Source: the human T2T-CHM13v2.0 reference genome, Homo sapiens. From it: a stretch of 64,000 nucleotides of DNA. The notes under the pieces are model-generated. The model saw only the letters and a program-made list of their open reading frames with translations, did no database searches and was not told the origin of the DNA. The stretch lies in NCBI RefSeq assembly GCF_009914755.1, contig NC_060935.1; one strand, given 5' to 3'. The position numbers and the translations under genes are program-made. This document shows positions 12,151 to 27,359 of the stretch, piece by piece (the stretch's first letter is position 1; each line of letters starts with the position of its first letter).

Positions 12151-15100
12151 AGAGCTGAACATTCCTTTAGATGGAGCAGTTTCCAAACACACTTTCTGTA
12201 GAATCTGCAAGTGGATATTTGGACCTCTCTGAGGATTTCGTTGGAAACGGGATATACTTCCGAGAACTACACGGAAGTATTCTGAGAAACTTCTTTGTGA
12301 TGTTTGCATTCAACTCACCGAGTTGAACCTTGCTTTCATAGTTCAGCTTTCAAACACTCTTTTTGTAGAATCTGCAAGTGGATATTTGGACCACTTTGTG
12401 GCCTTCCTTCGAAACGGATATATCTTCACATGAAACCTAGACAGAAGCATTCTCAGAATGTTTCCTGTGATGACTGCATTCAACTCACAGAGGTGAACAA
12501 TCCTGCTGATGGAGCAGTTTTGAAACTCTCTTTCTTTGGATTCTGCAAGTGGATATGTGGACCTCTGTGAAGATTTCGTTGGAAAAGTGTTCATCTTCAC
12601 AGAAAAACTAAAGAGGAGCATTCTCAGAAACTGCTTTGTGATGTTTGTGTTCCACTTCAGGAATTGAACTTTCCTCTTGACAGAGCAGCTCTGAAACCCT
12701 CTTTTTCTGGAATCTGCAAGTGGACATTTGGAGGGCTTTGAGGCCTGTGGTGGAAAAGGAAAATCTTCACATAAAAACTAGATGGAAGCATTCTCAGAAA
12801 CTACTTTGTGATGATTGCATTCGACTCACAGAGTTGAACATTCCTATAGATAGAGCAGGTTGTAAACAATCTTTTTGTAGAATCTGCGATTGGAGATTTG
12901 GACTGCTTTGAGGCCTACTGTAGTAAGTAAATAACTTCATCTAAAAACCAAACGGAAGCATTCACAGACAATTCTTAGTGATCATTGGATTGAACTAACA
13001 GAGCTGAACATTCCCTTAGATGGCGCAGTTTCCAAACACACTTTCTGTAGAATCTGCAAGTGGATATTTGGACCTCTCTGAGGATTTCGTTGGAAAAGGG
13101 ATAAACTTCCCAGAACTACACGGAAGCATTCTGAGAAACTTCTTTGTGATGTTTGCATTCAACTCACAGAGTTGAACCTTGCTTTCATAGTTCAGCTTTC
13201 AAACACTCTTTTTGTAGAATCTGCAAGTGGATATTTGGACCACTTTGTGGCCTTCCTTCGAAACGGGTATATCTTCACATCAAACCTAGACAGAAGCATT
13301 CTCAGAATGTTTCCTGTGATGACTGCATTCAACTCACAGAGGTGAACAATCCTGTTGATGGAGCAGATTTGAATCTCTCTTTCTTTGGATTCTGCAAGTG
13401 GATATGTGGACCTCTGTGAAGATTTCGTTGGAAACGGGTTCATTTTCACAGAAAAACTAAACAGAAGCATTCTCAGAAACTGCTTTGTGATGTTTGTGTT
13501 CCACTTCAAGAATTGAACTTTCCTCTTGACAGAGCAGCTCTGAAACCCTCTTTTTCTAGAATGTGCAAGTGGACATTTGGAGGGCTTTGAGGCCTGTGGT
13601 GGAAAAGGAAAATCTTCACATAAAAACTAGATGGAAGCATTCTCAGAAACTACTTTGTGATGATTGCATTCGACTCACAGAGTTGAACATTCCTATAGAT
13701 AGAGCAGGTTGTAAACAATCTTTTTGTAGAATCTGCGATTGGAGATTTGGACTGCTTTGAGGCCTACTGTAGTAAAGGAAATAACTTCATCTAAAAACCA
13801 AACGGAAGCATTCACAGACAATTCTTAGTGATCATTGGATTGAACTAACAGAGCTGAACATTCCTTTAGATGGGGCAGTTTCCAAACACACTTTCTGTAG
13901 AATCTGCAAGTGGATATTTGGACTTCTCTGAGGATTTCGTTGAAACGGGATAAAATTCCCAGAACTACACGGAAGCATTCTGAGAAACTTCTTTGTGATG
14001 TTGCATTCAACTCACAGAGTTGAACCTTGCTTTCATAGTTCAGCTTTCAAACACTCTTTTTGTAGAATCTGCAAGTGGATATTTGGACCACTTTGTGGCC
14101 TTCCTTTGAAACGGGTATATCTTCACATCAAACCTAGACAGAAGCATTCTCAGAATGTTTCCTGTGATGACTGCATTCAACTCACAGAGGTGAACAATCC
14201 TGCTGATGGAGCAGTTTTGAAACTCTCTTTCTTTGGATCTGCAAGTGGATATGTGGACCTCTGTGAAGATTTCGTTGGAAACGCGTTCATCTTCACAGAA
14301 AAACTAAACAGAAGCATTCTCAGAAACTGCTTTGTGATGTTTGTGTTCCACTTCAAGAATTGAACTTTCCTCTTGACAGAGCAGCTCTGAAACCCTCTTT
14401 TTCTAGAATCTGCAAGTGGACATTTGGAGGGCTTTGAGGCCTGTGGTGGAAAAGGAAAATCTTCACATAAAAACTAGATGGAAGCATTCTCAGAAACTAC
14501 TTTGTGATGATTGCATTCGACTCACAGAGTTTGAACATTCCTATAGATAGAGCAGGTTGTAAACAATTTTTTGTAGAATCTGCGATTGGAGATTTGGACT
14601 GCTTTGAGGCCTACTGTAGTAAAGGAAATAACTTCATCTAAAAACCAAACGGAAGCATTCACAGACAATTCTTAGTGATCATTGGATTGAACTAACAGAG
14701 CTGAACATTCCTTTAGATGGAGCAGTTTCCAAACACACTTTCTGTAGAATCTGCAAGTGGATATTTGGACCTCTCTGAGGATTTCGTTGGAAACGGGATA
14801 AACTTCCCAGAACTACATGGAAGCATTCTGAGAAACTTCTTTGGATGTTTGCATTCAACTCACAGAGTTGAACCTTGCTTTCATAGTTCAGCTTTCAAAC
14901 ACTCTTTTTGTAGAATCTGCAATTGGATATTTGGACCACTTTGTGGCCTTCCTTCGAAACGGGTATATCTTCACATCAAACCTAGACAGAAGCATTCTCA
15001 GAATGTTTCCTGTGATGACTGCATTCAACTCACAGAGGTGAACAATCCTTCTGATGGAGCAGTTTTGAAACTCTCTTTCTTTGGATTCTGCAAGTGGATA

Positions 15101-18100
15101 TGTGGACCTCTGTGAAGATTTCGTTGGAAAAGGGTTCATCTTCACAGAAAAACTAAACAGGAGCATTCTCAGAAACTGCTTTGTGATGTTCGTGTTCCAC
15201 TTCAAGAATTGAACTTTCCTCTTGACAGAGCAGCTCTGAAACCCTCTTTTTCTAGAATCTGCAAGTGGACATTTGAAGGGCTTTGAGGCCTGTGGTGGAA
15301 AAGGAAAATCTTCACATAAAAACTAGATGGAAGCATTCTCAGAAACTACTCTGTGATGATTGCATTCGACTCACGGAGTTGAACATTCCTATAGATAGAG
15401 CAGGTTGTAAACAATCTTTTTGTAGAATCTGCGATTGGAGATTTGGACTGCTTTGAGTCCTACTGTAGTAAAGGAAATAACTTCATCTAAAAAACCAAAC
15501 GGAAGCATTCACAGACAATTCTTAGTGATCATTGCATTGAACTAACAGAGCTGAACATTCCTTTAGATGGCGCAGTTTCCAAACACACTTTCTGTAGAAT
15601 CTGCAAGTGGATATTTGGACCTCTCTGAGGATTTCGTTGGAAACGGGATAAACTTCCCAGAACTACACGGAAGCATTCTGAGAAAATTCTTTGTGATGTT
15701 TGCATTCAACTCACAGAGTTGAACCTTGCTTTCATAGTTCAGCTTTCAAACACTCTTTTTGTAGAATCTGCAAGTGGATATTTGGACCACTTTGTGGCCT
15801 TCCTTCGAAACGGGTATATCTTCACATCAAACCTAGACAGAAGCATTCTCAGAATGTTTCCTGTGATGACTGCATTCAACTCACAGAGGTGAACAATCCT
15901 GTTGATGGAGCAGTTTTGAATCTCTCTTTCTTTGGATTCTGCAAGTGGATATGTGGACCTCTGTGAAGATTTCGTTGGAAACGGGTTCATGTTCACAGAA
16001 AAACTAAACAGAAGCATTCTCAGAAACTGCTTTGTGATGTTTGTGTTCCACTTCAAGAATTGAACTTTCCTCTTGACAGAGCAGCTCTGAAACCCTCTTT
16101 TTCTAGAATCTGCAAGTGGACATTTGGAGGGCTTTGAGGCCTGTGTTGGAAAAGGAAAATCTTCACATAACAACTAGATGGAAGCATTCTCAGAAACTAC
16201 TTTGTGATGATTGCATTCGACTCACAGAGTTGAACATTCCTATAGATAGAGCAGGTTGTAAACAATCTTTTTGTAGAATCTGCGATTGGAGATTTGGGCT
16301 GCTTTGAGGCCTACTGTAGTATAGGAAATAACTTCATCTAAAAACCAAATGGAAGCATTCACAGACAATTCTTAGTGATCATTGGATTGAACTAACAGAG
16401 CTGAACATTCCTTTAGATGGAACAGTTTCCAAACACACTTTCTGTAGAATCTGCAAGTGGATATTTGGACTTATCTGAGGATTTCGTTGGAAACGGGATA
16501 AACTTCCCAGAACTACACGGAAGCATTCTGAGAAACTTCTTTGTGATGTTTGCATTCAACTCACAGAGTTGGACCTTGATTTCATAGTTCAGCTTTCAAA
16601 CACTCTTTTTGTAGAATCTGCAAGTGGATATTTGGACCACTTTGTGGCCTTCCTTCGAAACGGGTATATCTTCACATCAAACCTAGACAGAAGCATTCTC
16701 AGAATGTTTCCTGTGATGACTGCATTCAACTCACAGAGGTGAACAATCCTGTTGATGGAGCAGTTTTGAAACTCTCTTTCTTTGGATTCTGCAAGTGGAT
16801 ATGTGGACCTCTGTGAAGATTTCGTTGGAAACGGGTTCATCTTCACAGAAAAACTAAACAGGAGCATTCTCAGAAACTGCTTTGTGATGTTTGTGTTCCA
16901 CTTCAAGAATTGAACTTTCCTCTTGACAGAGCAGCTCTGAAACCCTCTTTTTCTAGAATCTGCAAGCGGACATTTGGAGGGCTTTGAGGCCTGTGGTGGA
17001 AAAGGAAAATCTTCACATAAAAACTAGATGGAAGCATTCTCAGAAACTACTTTGTGATGATTGCATTCGACTCACAGAGTTGAACATTCCTATAGATAGA
17101 GCAGGTTGTAAACAATCTTTTTGTAGAATCTGCGATTGGAGATTTGGACTGCTTTGAGGCCTACTGTAGTAAAGGAAATAACTTCATCTAAAAACCAAAC
17201 GGAAGCATTCACAGACAATTCTTAGTGATCATTAGATTGAACTAACAGAGCTGAACATTCCTTTAGATGGAGCAGTTTCCAAACACACTTTCTGTAGAAT
17301 CTGCAAGTGGATATTTGGACCTCTCTGAGGATTTCGTTGGAAACGGGATAAACTTCCCAGAACTACACGGAAGCATTCTGAGAAACTTCTTTGGATGTTT
17401 GCATTCAACTCACAGAGTTGAACCTTGCTTTCATAGTTCAGCTTTCAAACACTCTTTTTGTAGAATCTGCAAGTGGATATTTGGACCACTTTGTGGCCTT
17501 CCTTCGAAACGGGTATATCTTCACATCAAACCTAGACAGAAGCATTCTCAGAATGTTTCCTGTGATGACTGCATTCAACTCACAGAGGTGAACAATCCTG
17601 TTGATGGAGCAGTTTTGAATCTCTCTTTCTTTGGATTCTGCAAGTGGATATGTGGACCTCTGTGAAGATTTCGTTGGAAACGGGTTCATGTTCACAGAAA
17701 AACTAAACAGAAGCATTCTCAGAAACTGCTTTGTGATGTTTGTGTTCCACTTCAAGAATTGAACTTTCCTCTTGACAGTGCAGCTCTGAAACCCTCTTTT
17801 TCTAGAATCTGCAAGTGGACATTTGGAGGGCTTTGAGGCCTGTTTTGGAAAAGGAAAATCTTCACATAAAAACTAGATGGAAGCATTCTCAGAAACTACT
17901 TTGTGATGATTGCATTCGACTCACAGAGTTGAACATTCCTATAGATAGAGCAGGTTGTAAACAACCTTTTTGTAGAATCTGCGATTGGAGATTTGGACTG
18001 CTTTGAGGCCTACTGTAGTAAAGTAAATAACTTCATCTAAAAACCAAACGGAAGCATTCACAGACAATTCTTAGTGATCATTGGATTGAACTAACAGAGC

Positions 18101-21100
18101 TGAGCATTCCCTTAGATGGCGCAGTTTCCAAACACACTTTCTGTAGAATCTGCAAGTGGATATTTGGACCTCTCTGAGGATTTCGTTGGAAAAGGGATAA
18201 ACTTCCCAGAACTACACGGAAGCATTCTGAGAAACATCTTTGTGATGTTTGCATTCAACTCACAGAGTTGAAACTTGCTTTCATAGTTCAGCTTTCAAAC
18301 ACTCTTTTTGTAGAATCTGCAAGTGGATATTTGGACCACTTTGTGGCCTTCCTTCGAAACGGGTATATCTTCACATCAAACCTAGACAGAAGCATTCTCA
18401 GAATGTTTCCTGTGATGACTGCATTCAACTCACAGAGGTGAACAATCCTGTTGATGGAGCAGTTTTGAAACTCTCTTTCTTTGGATTCTGCAAGTGGATA
18501 TGTGGACCTCTGTGAAGATTTCGTTGTAAACGGTTTCATCTTCACAGAAAAACTAAACAGAAGCATTCTCAGAAACTGCTTTGTGATGTTTGTGTTCCAC
18601 TTCAAGAATTGAACTTTCCTCTTGACAGAGCAGCTCTGAAACCCTCTTTTTCTAGAATCTGCAAGTGGACATTTGGAGGGCTTTGAGGCCTGTGGTGGAA
18701 AAGGAAAATCTTCACATAAAAACTAGATGGAAGCATTCTCAGAAACTACTTTGTGATGATTGCATTCGACTCACAGAGTTGAACATTGCTATAGATAGAG
18801 CAGGTTGTAAACAATCTTTTTGTACAATCTGCGATTGGAGATTTGGACTGCTTTGAGGCCTACTGTAGTAAAGGAAATAACTTCATCTAAAAACCAAACG
18901 GAAGCATTCACAGACAATTCTTAGTGATCATTGGATTGAACTAACAGAGCTGAACATTCCTTTAGATGGAGCAGTTTCCAAACACACTTTCTGTAGAATC
19001 TGCAAGTGGATATTTGGACTTCTCTGAGGATTTCGTTGGAAATGGTATAAACTTCCCAAAAATACACGGAAGCATTGTGAGAAACTTCTTTGTGATGTTT
19101 GCATTCAACTCACAGAGTTGAACCTTGCTTTCTTAGTTCAGCTTTCAAACACTCTTTTTGTAGAATCTGCAAGTGGATATTTGGACCACTTTGTGGCCTT
19201 CCTTCGAAACGGGTATATCTTCACATCAAACCTAGACAGAAGCATTCTCAGGATGTTTCCTGTGATGACTGCATTCAACTCACAGAGGTGAACAATCCTG
19301 CTGATGGAGCAGTTTTGAAACTCTCTTTCTTTGGATTCTGCAAGTGGATATGTGGACCTCTGTGAAGATTTCGTTGGAAACGGGTTCATCTTCACAGAAA
19401 AGCTAAACAGAAGCATTCTCAGAAACTGCTTTGTGATGTTTGTGTTCCACTTCAGGAATTGAACTTTCCTCTTGACAGAGCAGCTCTGAAACCCTCTTTT
19501 TCTGGAATCTGCAAGTGGACATTTGGAGGGCTTTGAGGCCTGTGGTGGAAAAGGAAAATCTTCACATAAAAACTAGATGGAAGCATTCTCAGAAACTACT
19601 TTGTGATGATTGCATTCGACCCACAGAGTTGAACATTCCTATAGATAGAGCAGGTTGTAAACAATCTTTTTGTAGAATCTGCGATTGGAGATTTGGACTG
19701 CTTTGAGGCCTACTGTAGTAAAGTAAATAACTTCATCTAAAAACCAAACGGAAGCATTCACAGACAATTCTTAGTGATCATTGGATTGAACTAACAGAGC
19801 TGAACATTCCCTTAGATGGCGCAGTTTCCAAACACACTTTCTGTAGAATCTGCAAGTGGATATTTGGACCTCTGTGAGGATTTCGTTGGAAACGGGATAA
19901 ACTTCCCAGAACTACACGGAAGCATTCTGAGAAACTTCTTTGTGATGTTTGCATTCAACTCACAGAGTTGAACCTTGCTTTCATAGTTCAGCTTTCAAAC
20001 ACTCTTTTTGTAGAATCTGCAAGTGGATATTTGGACCACTTTGTGGCCTTCCTTCGAAACGGGTATATCTTCACATCAAACCTAGACAGAAGCATTCTCA
20101 GAATGTTTCCTGTGATGACTGCATTCAACTCACAGAGGGGAACAATCCTGTTGATGGAGCAGTTTTGAAACTCTCTTTCTTTGGATTCTGCAAGTGGATA
20201 TATGGACCTCTGTGAAGATTTCGTTGGAAACGGTTTCATCTTCACAGAAAAACTAAACAGAAGCATTCTCAGAAACTGCTTTGTGATGTTTGTGTTCCAC
20301 TTCAGGAATTGAACTTTCCTCTTGACAGAGCAGCTCTGAAACCCTCTTTTTCCAGAATCTGCAAGTGGACATTTGGAGGGCTTTGAGGCCTGTGGTGGAA
20401 AAGGAAAATCTTCACATAAAAACTAGATGGAAGCATTCTCAGAAACTACTTTGTGATGATTGCATTCGACTCAGAGAGTTGAACATTCCTATAGATAGAG
20501 CAGGTTGTAAACAATCTTTTTGTAGAATCTGCGATTGGAGATTTGGACTGCTTTGAGGCCTACTGTAGTAAAGGAAATAACTTCATCTAAAAACCAAACG
20601 GAAGCATTCACAGACAATTCTTAGTGATCATTGCATTGAACTAACAGAGCTGAACATTCCTTTAGATGGAGCAGTTTCCAAACACACTTTCTGTAGAATC
20701 TGCAAGTGGATATTTGGACCTCTCTGAGGATTTCGTTGGAAACGGGATATACTTCCCAGAACTACACGGAAGTATTCTGAGAAACTTCTTTGTGATGGTT
20801 GCATTCAACTCACAGAGTTGAACCTTGCTTTCATAGTTCAGCTTTCAAACACTCTTTTTGTAGAATCTGCAAGTGGATATTTGGACCACTTTGTGGCCTT
20901 CCTTCGAAACGGGTATATCTTCACATCAAACCTTGACACAAGCATTCTCAGAATGTTTCCTGTGATGACTGCATTCAACTCACAGAGGTGAACAATCCTG
21001 CTGATGCAGCAGTTTTGAAACTCTGTGTCTTTGAATTCTGCAAGTGGATATGTGGACCTCTGTGAAGATTTCGTTGGAAACGGGTTCATCTTCAGAGAAA

Positions 21101-24100
21101 AACTAAACAGGAGCATTCTCAGAAACTGCTTTTTGATGTTTGTGTTCCACTTCAGGAATTGAACTTTCCTCTTGACAGAGCAGCTCTGAAACCCTCTTTT
21201 TCTACAATCTGCAAGTGAACATTTGGAGGGCTTTGAGGCCTGTGGTGGAAAAGGAAAATCTTCACATAAAAACTAGATGGAAGCATTCTCAGAAACTACT
21301 TTGTGATGATTGCATTCGACTCACAGAGTTGAACATTCCTATAGATAGAGCAGGTTGTAAACAATCTTTTTGTAGAATCTGCGATTGGAGATTTGGAATG
21401 CTTTGAGGCCTACTGTAGTAAAGGAAATAACTTCATCTAAAAACCAAACGGAAGCATTCACAGACAATTCTTAGTGATCATTGCATTGAACTAACAGAGC
21501 TGAACATTCCTTTAGATGGAGCAGTTTCCAAACACACTTTCTGTAGAATCTGCAAGTGGATATTTGGACCTCTCTGAGGATTTCATTGGAAACGGGATAA
21601 ACTTCCCAGAACTACACGGAAGCATTCTGAGAAACTTCTTTGGATGTTTGCATTCAACTCACAGAGTTGAACCTTGCTTTCATAGTTCAGCTTTCAAACA
21701 CTCTTTTTGTAGAATCTGCAAGTGGATATTTGAACCACTTTGTGGCCTTCCTTCGAAACGGGTATATCTTCACATCAAACCTAGACAGAAGCATTCTCAG
21801 AATGTTTCCTGTGATGACTGCATTCAACTCACAGAGGTGAACAATCCTGCTGATGGAGCAGTTTTGAAACTCTCTTTCTTTGGATTCTGCAAGTGGATAT
21901 GTGGACCTCTGTGAAGATTTCGTTGGAAACGGGTTCATCTTCACAGAAAAACTAAACAGAAGCATTCTCAGAAACTGCTTTGTGATGTTTGTGTTCCACT
22001 TCAGGAATTGAACTTTCCTCTTGACAGAGCAGCTCTGAAACCCTCTTTTTCTGGAATCTGCAAGTGGACATTTGGAGGGCTTTGAGGCCTGTGGTGGAAA
22101 AGGAAAATCTTCACATAAAAACTAGATGGAAGCATTCTCAGAAACTACTTTGTGATGATTGCATTCGACCCACAGAGTTGAACATTCCTATAGATAGAGC
22201 AGGTTGTAAACAATCTTTTTGTAGAATCTGCGATTGGAGATTTGGACTGCTTTGAGGCCTACTGTAGTAAAGGAAATAACTTCATCTAAAAACCAAACGG
22301 AAGCATTCACAGACAATTCTTAGTGATCATTGCATTGAACTAACAGAGCTGAACATTCCTTTAGATGGAGCAGTTTCCAAACACACTTTCTGTAGAATCT
22401 GCAAGTGGATATTTGGACTTCTCTGAGGATTTCGTTGGAAATGGTATAAACTTCCCAGAAATACACGGAAGCATTGTCAGAAACTTCTTTGTGATGTTTG
22501 CATTCAACTCACAGAGTTGAACCTTGCTTTCTTAGTTCAGCTTTCAAACACTCTTTTTGTAGAATCTGCAAGTGGATATTTGGACCACTTTGTGGCCTTC
22601 CTTCGAAACGGGTATATCTTCACATCAAACCTAGACAGAAGCATTCTCAGGATGTTTCCTGTGATGACTGCATTCAACTCACAGAGGTGAACAATCCTGC
22701 TGATGGAGCAGTTTTGAAACTCTCTTTCTTTGGATTCTGCAACTGGATATGTGGACCTCTGTGAAGATTTCGTTGGAAACGGGTTCATCTTCACAGAAAA
22801 ACTAAACAGAAGCCTTCTCAGAAACTGCTTTGTGATGTTTTTGTTCCACTTCAGGAATTGAACTTTCCTCTTGACAGAGCAGCTCTGAAGCCCTCTTATT
22901 CTAGAATCTGCAAGTGGACATTTGGAGAGCTTTGAGGCCTGGGGTTGAAAAGGATAATCTTCACATAAAAACTAGATGGAAGCATTCTCAGAAACTACTT
23001 TGTGATGATTGCATTCGACTCAGAGAGTTGAACATTCCTATAGATAGAGCAGGTTGTAAACAATCTTTTTGTAGAATCTGCGATTGGAGATTTGGACTGC
23101 TTTGAGGCCTACTGTAGTAAAGGAAATAACTTCATCTAAAAACCAAACGGAAGCATTCACAGACAATTCTTAGTGATCATTGGATTGAATTAACAGAGCT
23201 GAACATTCCTTTAGATGGAGCAGTTTCCAAACACACTTTCTGTAGAATCTGCAAGTGGATATTTGGACCTCTCTGAGGATTTCGTTGGAAACGGGATATA
23301 CTTCCCAGAACTACACGGAAGTATTCTGAGAAACATCTTTGTGATGGTTGCATTCAACTCACAGAGTTGAACCTTGCTTTCATAGTTCAGCTTTCAAACA
23401 CTCTTTTTGTAGAATCTGCAAGTGGATATTTGGACCACTTTGTGGCCTTCCTTCGAAACGGGTATATCTTCACATCAAACCTTGACACAAGCATTCTCAG
23501 AATGTTTCCTGTGATGACGGCATTCAACTCACAGAGGTGAACAATCCTGTTGATGGAGCAGTTTTGAAACTCTCTTTCTTTGGATTCTGCAAGTGGATAT
23601 GTGGACCTCTGTGAAGATTTCGTTGGAAACGGGTTCATCTTCACAGAAAAACTAAACAGAAGCATTCTCAGAAACTGCTTTGTGATGTTTGTGTTCCACT
23701 TCAAGAATTGAACTTTCCTCTTGACAGAGCAGCTCTGAAACCCTCTTTTTCTAGAATCTGCAAGTGGACATTTGGAGGACTTTGAGGCATGTGGTGGAAA
23801 AGGAAAATCTTCACATAAAAATTAGATGGAAGCATTCTCAGAAACCACTTTGTGATGATTGCATTCGACTCACAGAGTTGAACATTCCTATAGATAGAGC
23901 AGGTTGTAAACAATCTTTTTGTAGAATCTGCGATTGGAGATTTGGACTGCTTTGAGGCCTACTGTAGTAAAGGAAATAACTTCATCTAAAAACCAAACGG
24001 AAGCATTCACAGACAATGCTTAGTGATCATTGGATTGAACAAACAGAGCTGAACATTCCTTTAGATGGAGCAGTTTCCAAACAAACTTTCTGTAGAATCT

Positions 24101-27100
24101 GCAAGTGGATATTTGGACTTCTCTGAGGATTTCGTTGGAAATGGTATAAACTTCCCAAAAATACACGGAAGCATTGTGAGAAACTTCTTTGTGATGTTTG
24201 CATTCAACTCACAGAGTTGAACCTTGCTTTCTTAGTTCAGCTTTCAAACACTCTTTTTGTAGAATCTGCAAGTGGATATTTGGACCACTTTGTGGCCTTC
24301 CTTCGAAACGGGTATATCTTCACATCAAACCTAGACAGAAGCATTCTCAGGATGTTTCCTGTGATGACTGCATTCAACTCACAGAGTTGAACGATCCTTC
24401 TGATGGAGCAGTTTTGAAACTCTCTTTCTTTGGATTCTGCAAGTGGATATGTGGACCTCTGTGAAGATTTCATTGGAAACGGGTTCATCTTCACAGAAAA
24501 ACTAAACAGAAGCATTCTCAGAAACTGCTTTGTGATGTTTTTGTTCCACTTCAGGAATTGAACTTTCCTCTTGACAGAGCAGCTCTGAAGCCCTCTTATT
24601 CTAGAATCTGCAAGTGTACATTTGGAGGGCTTTGAGGCCTGGGTTTGAAAAGGATAATCTTCACATAAAAACTAGATGGAAGCATTCTCAGAAACTACTT
24701 TGTGATGATTGCATTCGACTCACAGAGTTGAACATTCCTATAGATAGAGCAGGTTGTAAACAATCTTTTTGTAGAATCTGCGATTGGAGATTTGGACTGC
24801 TTTGAGGCCTACTGTAGTAAAGGAAATAACTTCATCTAAAAACCAAACGGAAGCATTCACAGACAATTCTTAGTGATCATTGGATTGAACTAACAGAGCT
24901 GAACATTCCTTTAGATGGAGCAGTTTCCAAACACACTTTCTGTAGAATCTGCAAGTGGATATTTGGACCTCTCTGAGGATTTCGTTGGAAACGGGATATA
25001 CTTCCCAGAACTACACGGAAGTATTCTGAGAAACTTCTTTGTGATGGTTGCATTCAACTCACAGAGTTGAACCTTGCTTTCATAGTTCAGCTTTCAAACA
25101 CTCTTTTTGTAGAATCTGCAAGTGGATATTTGGACCACTTTGTGGCCTTCCTTCGAAACGGGTATATCTTCACATCAAACCTTGACACAAGCATTCTCAG
25201 AATGTTTCCTGTGATGACTGCATTCAACTCACAGAGGTGAACAATCCTGCTGATGCAGCAGTTTTGAAACTCTGTTTCTTTGAATTCTGCAAGTGGATAT
25301 GTGGACCTCTGTGAAGATTTCGTTGGAAACGGGTTCATCTTCACAGAAAAACTAAACAGGAGCATTCTCAGAAACTGCTTTTTGATGTTTGTGTTCCACT
25401 TCAGGAATTGAACTTTCCTCTTGACAGAGCAGTTGTGAAACCCTCTTTTTCTAGAATCTGCAAGTGGACATTTGGAGGGCTTTGAGGCCTGTGGTGGAAA
25501 AGGAAAATCTTCACATAAAAACTAGATGGAAGAATTCTCAGAAACTACTTTGTGATGATTGCATTCGACTCAAAGAGTTGAACATTCCTATAGATAGAGC
25601 AGGTTGTAAACAATCTTTTTGTAGAGTCTGCCATAGGAGATTTGGACTGCTTTGAGGCCTACTGTAGTAAAGGAAATAACTTCATCTAAAAACCAAACGG
25701 AAGCATTCACAGACAATTCTTAGTGATCATTGGATTGAACTAACAGAGCTGAACATTCCCTTAGATGGCGCAGTTTCCAAACACACTTTCTGTAGAATCT
25801 GCAAGTGGATATTTGGACCTCTCTGAGGATTTCGTTGGAAACGGGATAAACTTCCCAGAACTACACGGAAGCATTCTGAGAAACATCTTTGTGATGTTTG
25901 CATTCAACTCACAGAGTTGAACCTTGCTTTCATAGTTCAGCTTTCAAACACTCTTTTTGTAGAATCTGCAAGTGGATATTTGGACCACTTTGTGGCCTTC
26001 CTTCGAAACGGGTATATCTTCACATCAAACCTAGACAGAAGCATTCTCAGAATGTTTCCTGTGATTGACTGCATTCAACTCACAGAGGTGAACAATCCTG
26101 CTGATGGAGCAGTTTTGAAACTCTCTTTCTTTGGATTCTGCAAGTGGATATGTGGACCTCTGTGAAGATTTCGTTGGAAACGGGTTCATCTTCACAGAAA
26201 AACTAAACAGGAGCATTCTCAGAAACTGCTTTGTGATGTTTGTGTTCCACTTCAAGAATTGAACTTTCCTCTTGACAGAGCAGCTCTGAAACCCTCTTTT
26301 ACTAGAATCTGCAAGTGGACATTTGGAGGGCTTTGAGGCCTGTGGTGGAAAAGGAAAATCTTCACATAAAAACTAGATGGAAGCATTCTCAGAAACTACT
26401 TTGTGATGATTGCATTCGACTCACAGAGTTGAACATTCCTATAGATAGAGCAGGTTGTAAACAATCTTTTTGTAGAATCTGCGATTGGAGATTTGGACTG
26501 CATTGAGGCCTACTGTAGTAACGGAAATAACTTTATCTAAAAACCAAACGGAAGCATTCACAGACAATTCTTAGTGATCATTGCATTGAACTAACAGAGC
26601 TGAACATTCCTTTAGATGGCGCAGTTTCCAAACACACTTTCTGTAGAATCTGCAAGTGGATATTTGGACCTCTCTGAGGATATCGTTGGAAACGGGATAA
26701 ACTTCCCAGAACTACACGGAAGCATTCTGAGTAACTTCTTTGGATGTTTGTATTCAACTCACAGAGTTGAACCTTGCTTTCATAGTTCAGCTTTCAAACA
26801 CTCTTTTTGTAGAATCTGCAAGTGGATATTTGGACCACTTTGTGGCCTTCCTTCGAAACGAGTATATCTTCACATCAAACCTAGACAGAAGCATTCTCAG
26901 AATGTTTCCTGTGATGACTGCATTCAACTCACAGAGGTGAACAATCCTGCTGATGGAGCAGTTTTGGAACTCTCTTTCTTTGGATTCTGCAAGTGGATAT
27001 GTGGACCTCTGTGAAGATTTCGTTGGAAACGGGTTCATCTTCACAGAAAAATTAAGAGGAGCATTCTCAGAAACTGCTTTGTGATGTTTGTGTTCCACTT

Positions 27101-27359
27101 CAGGAATTGAACTTTCCTCTTGACAGAGCAGCTCTGAAACCCTCTTTTTCTGGAATCTGCAAGTGGACATTTGGAGGGCTTTGAGGCCTGTGGTGGAAAA
27201 GGAAAATCTTCACATAAAAACTAGATGGAAGCATTCTCAGAAACTACTTTGTGATGATTGCATTCGACCCACAGAGTTGAACAGTCCTATAGATAGAGCA
27301 GGTTGTAAACAATCTTTTTGTAGAATCTGCGATTGGAGATTTGGACTGCTTTGAGGCCT

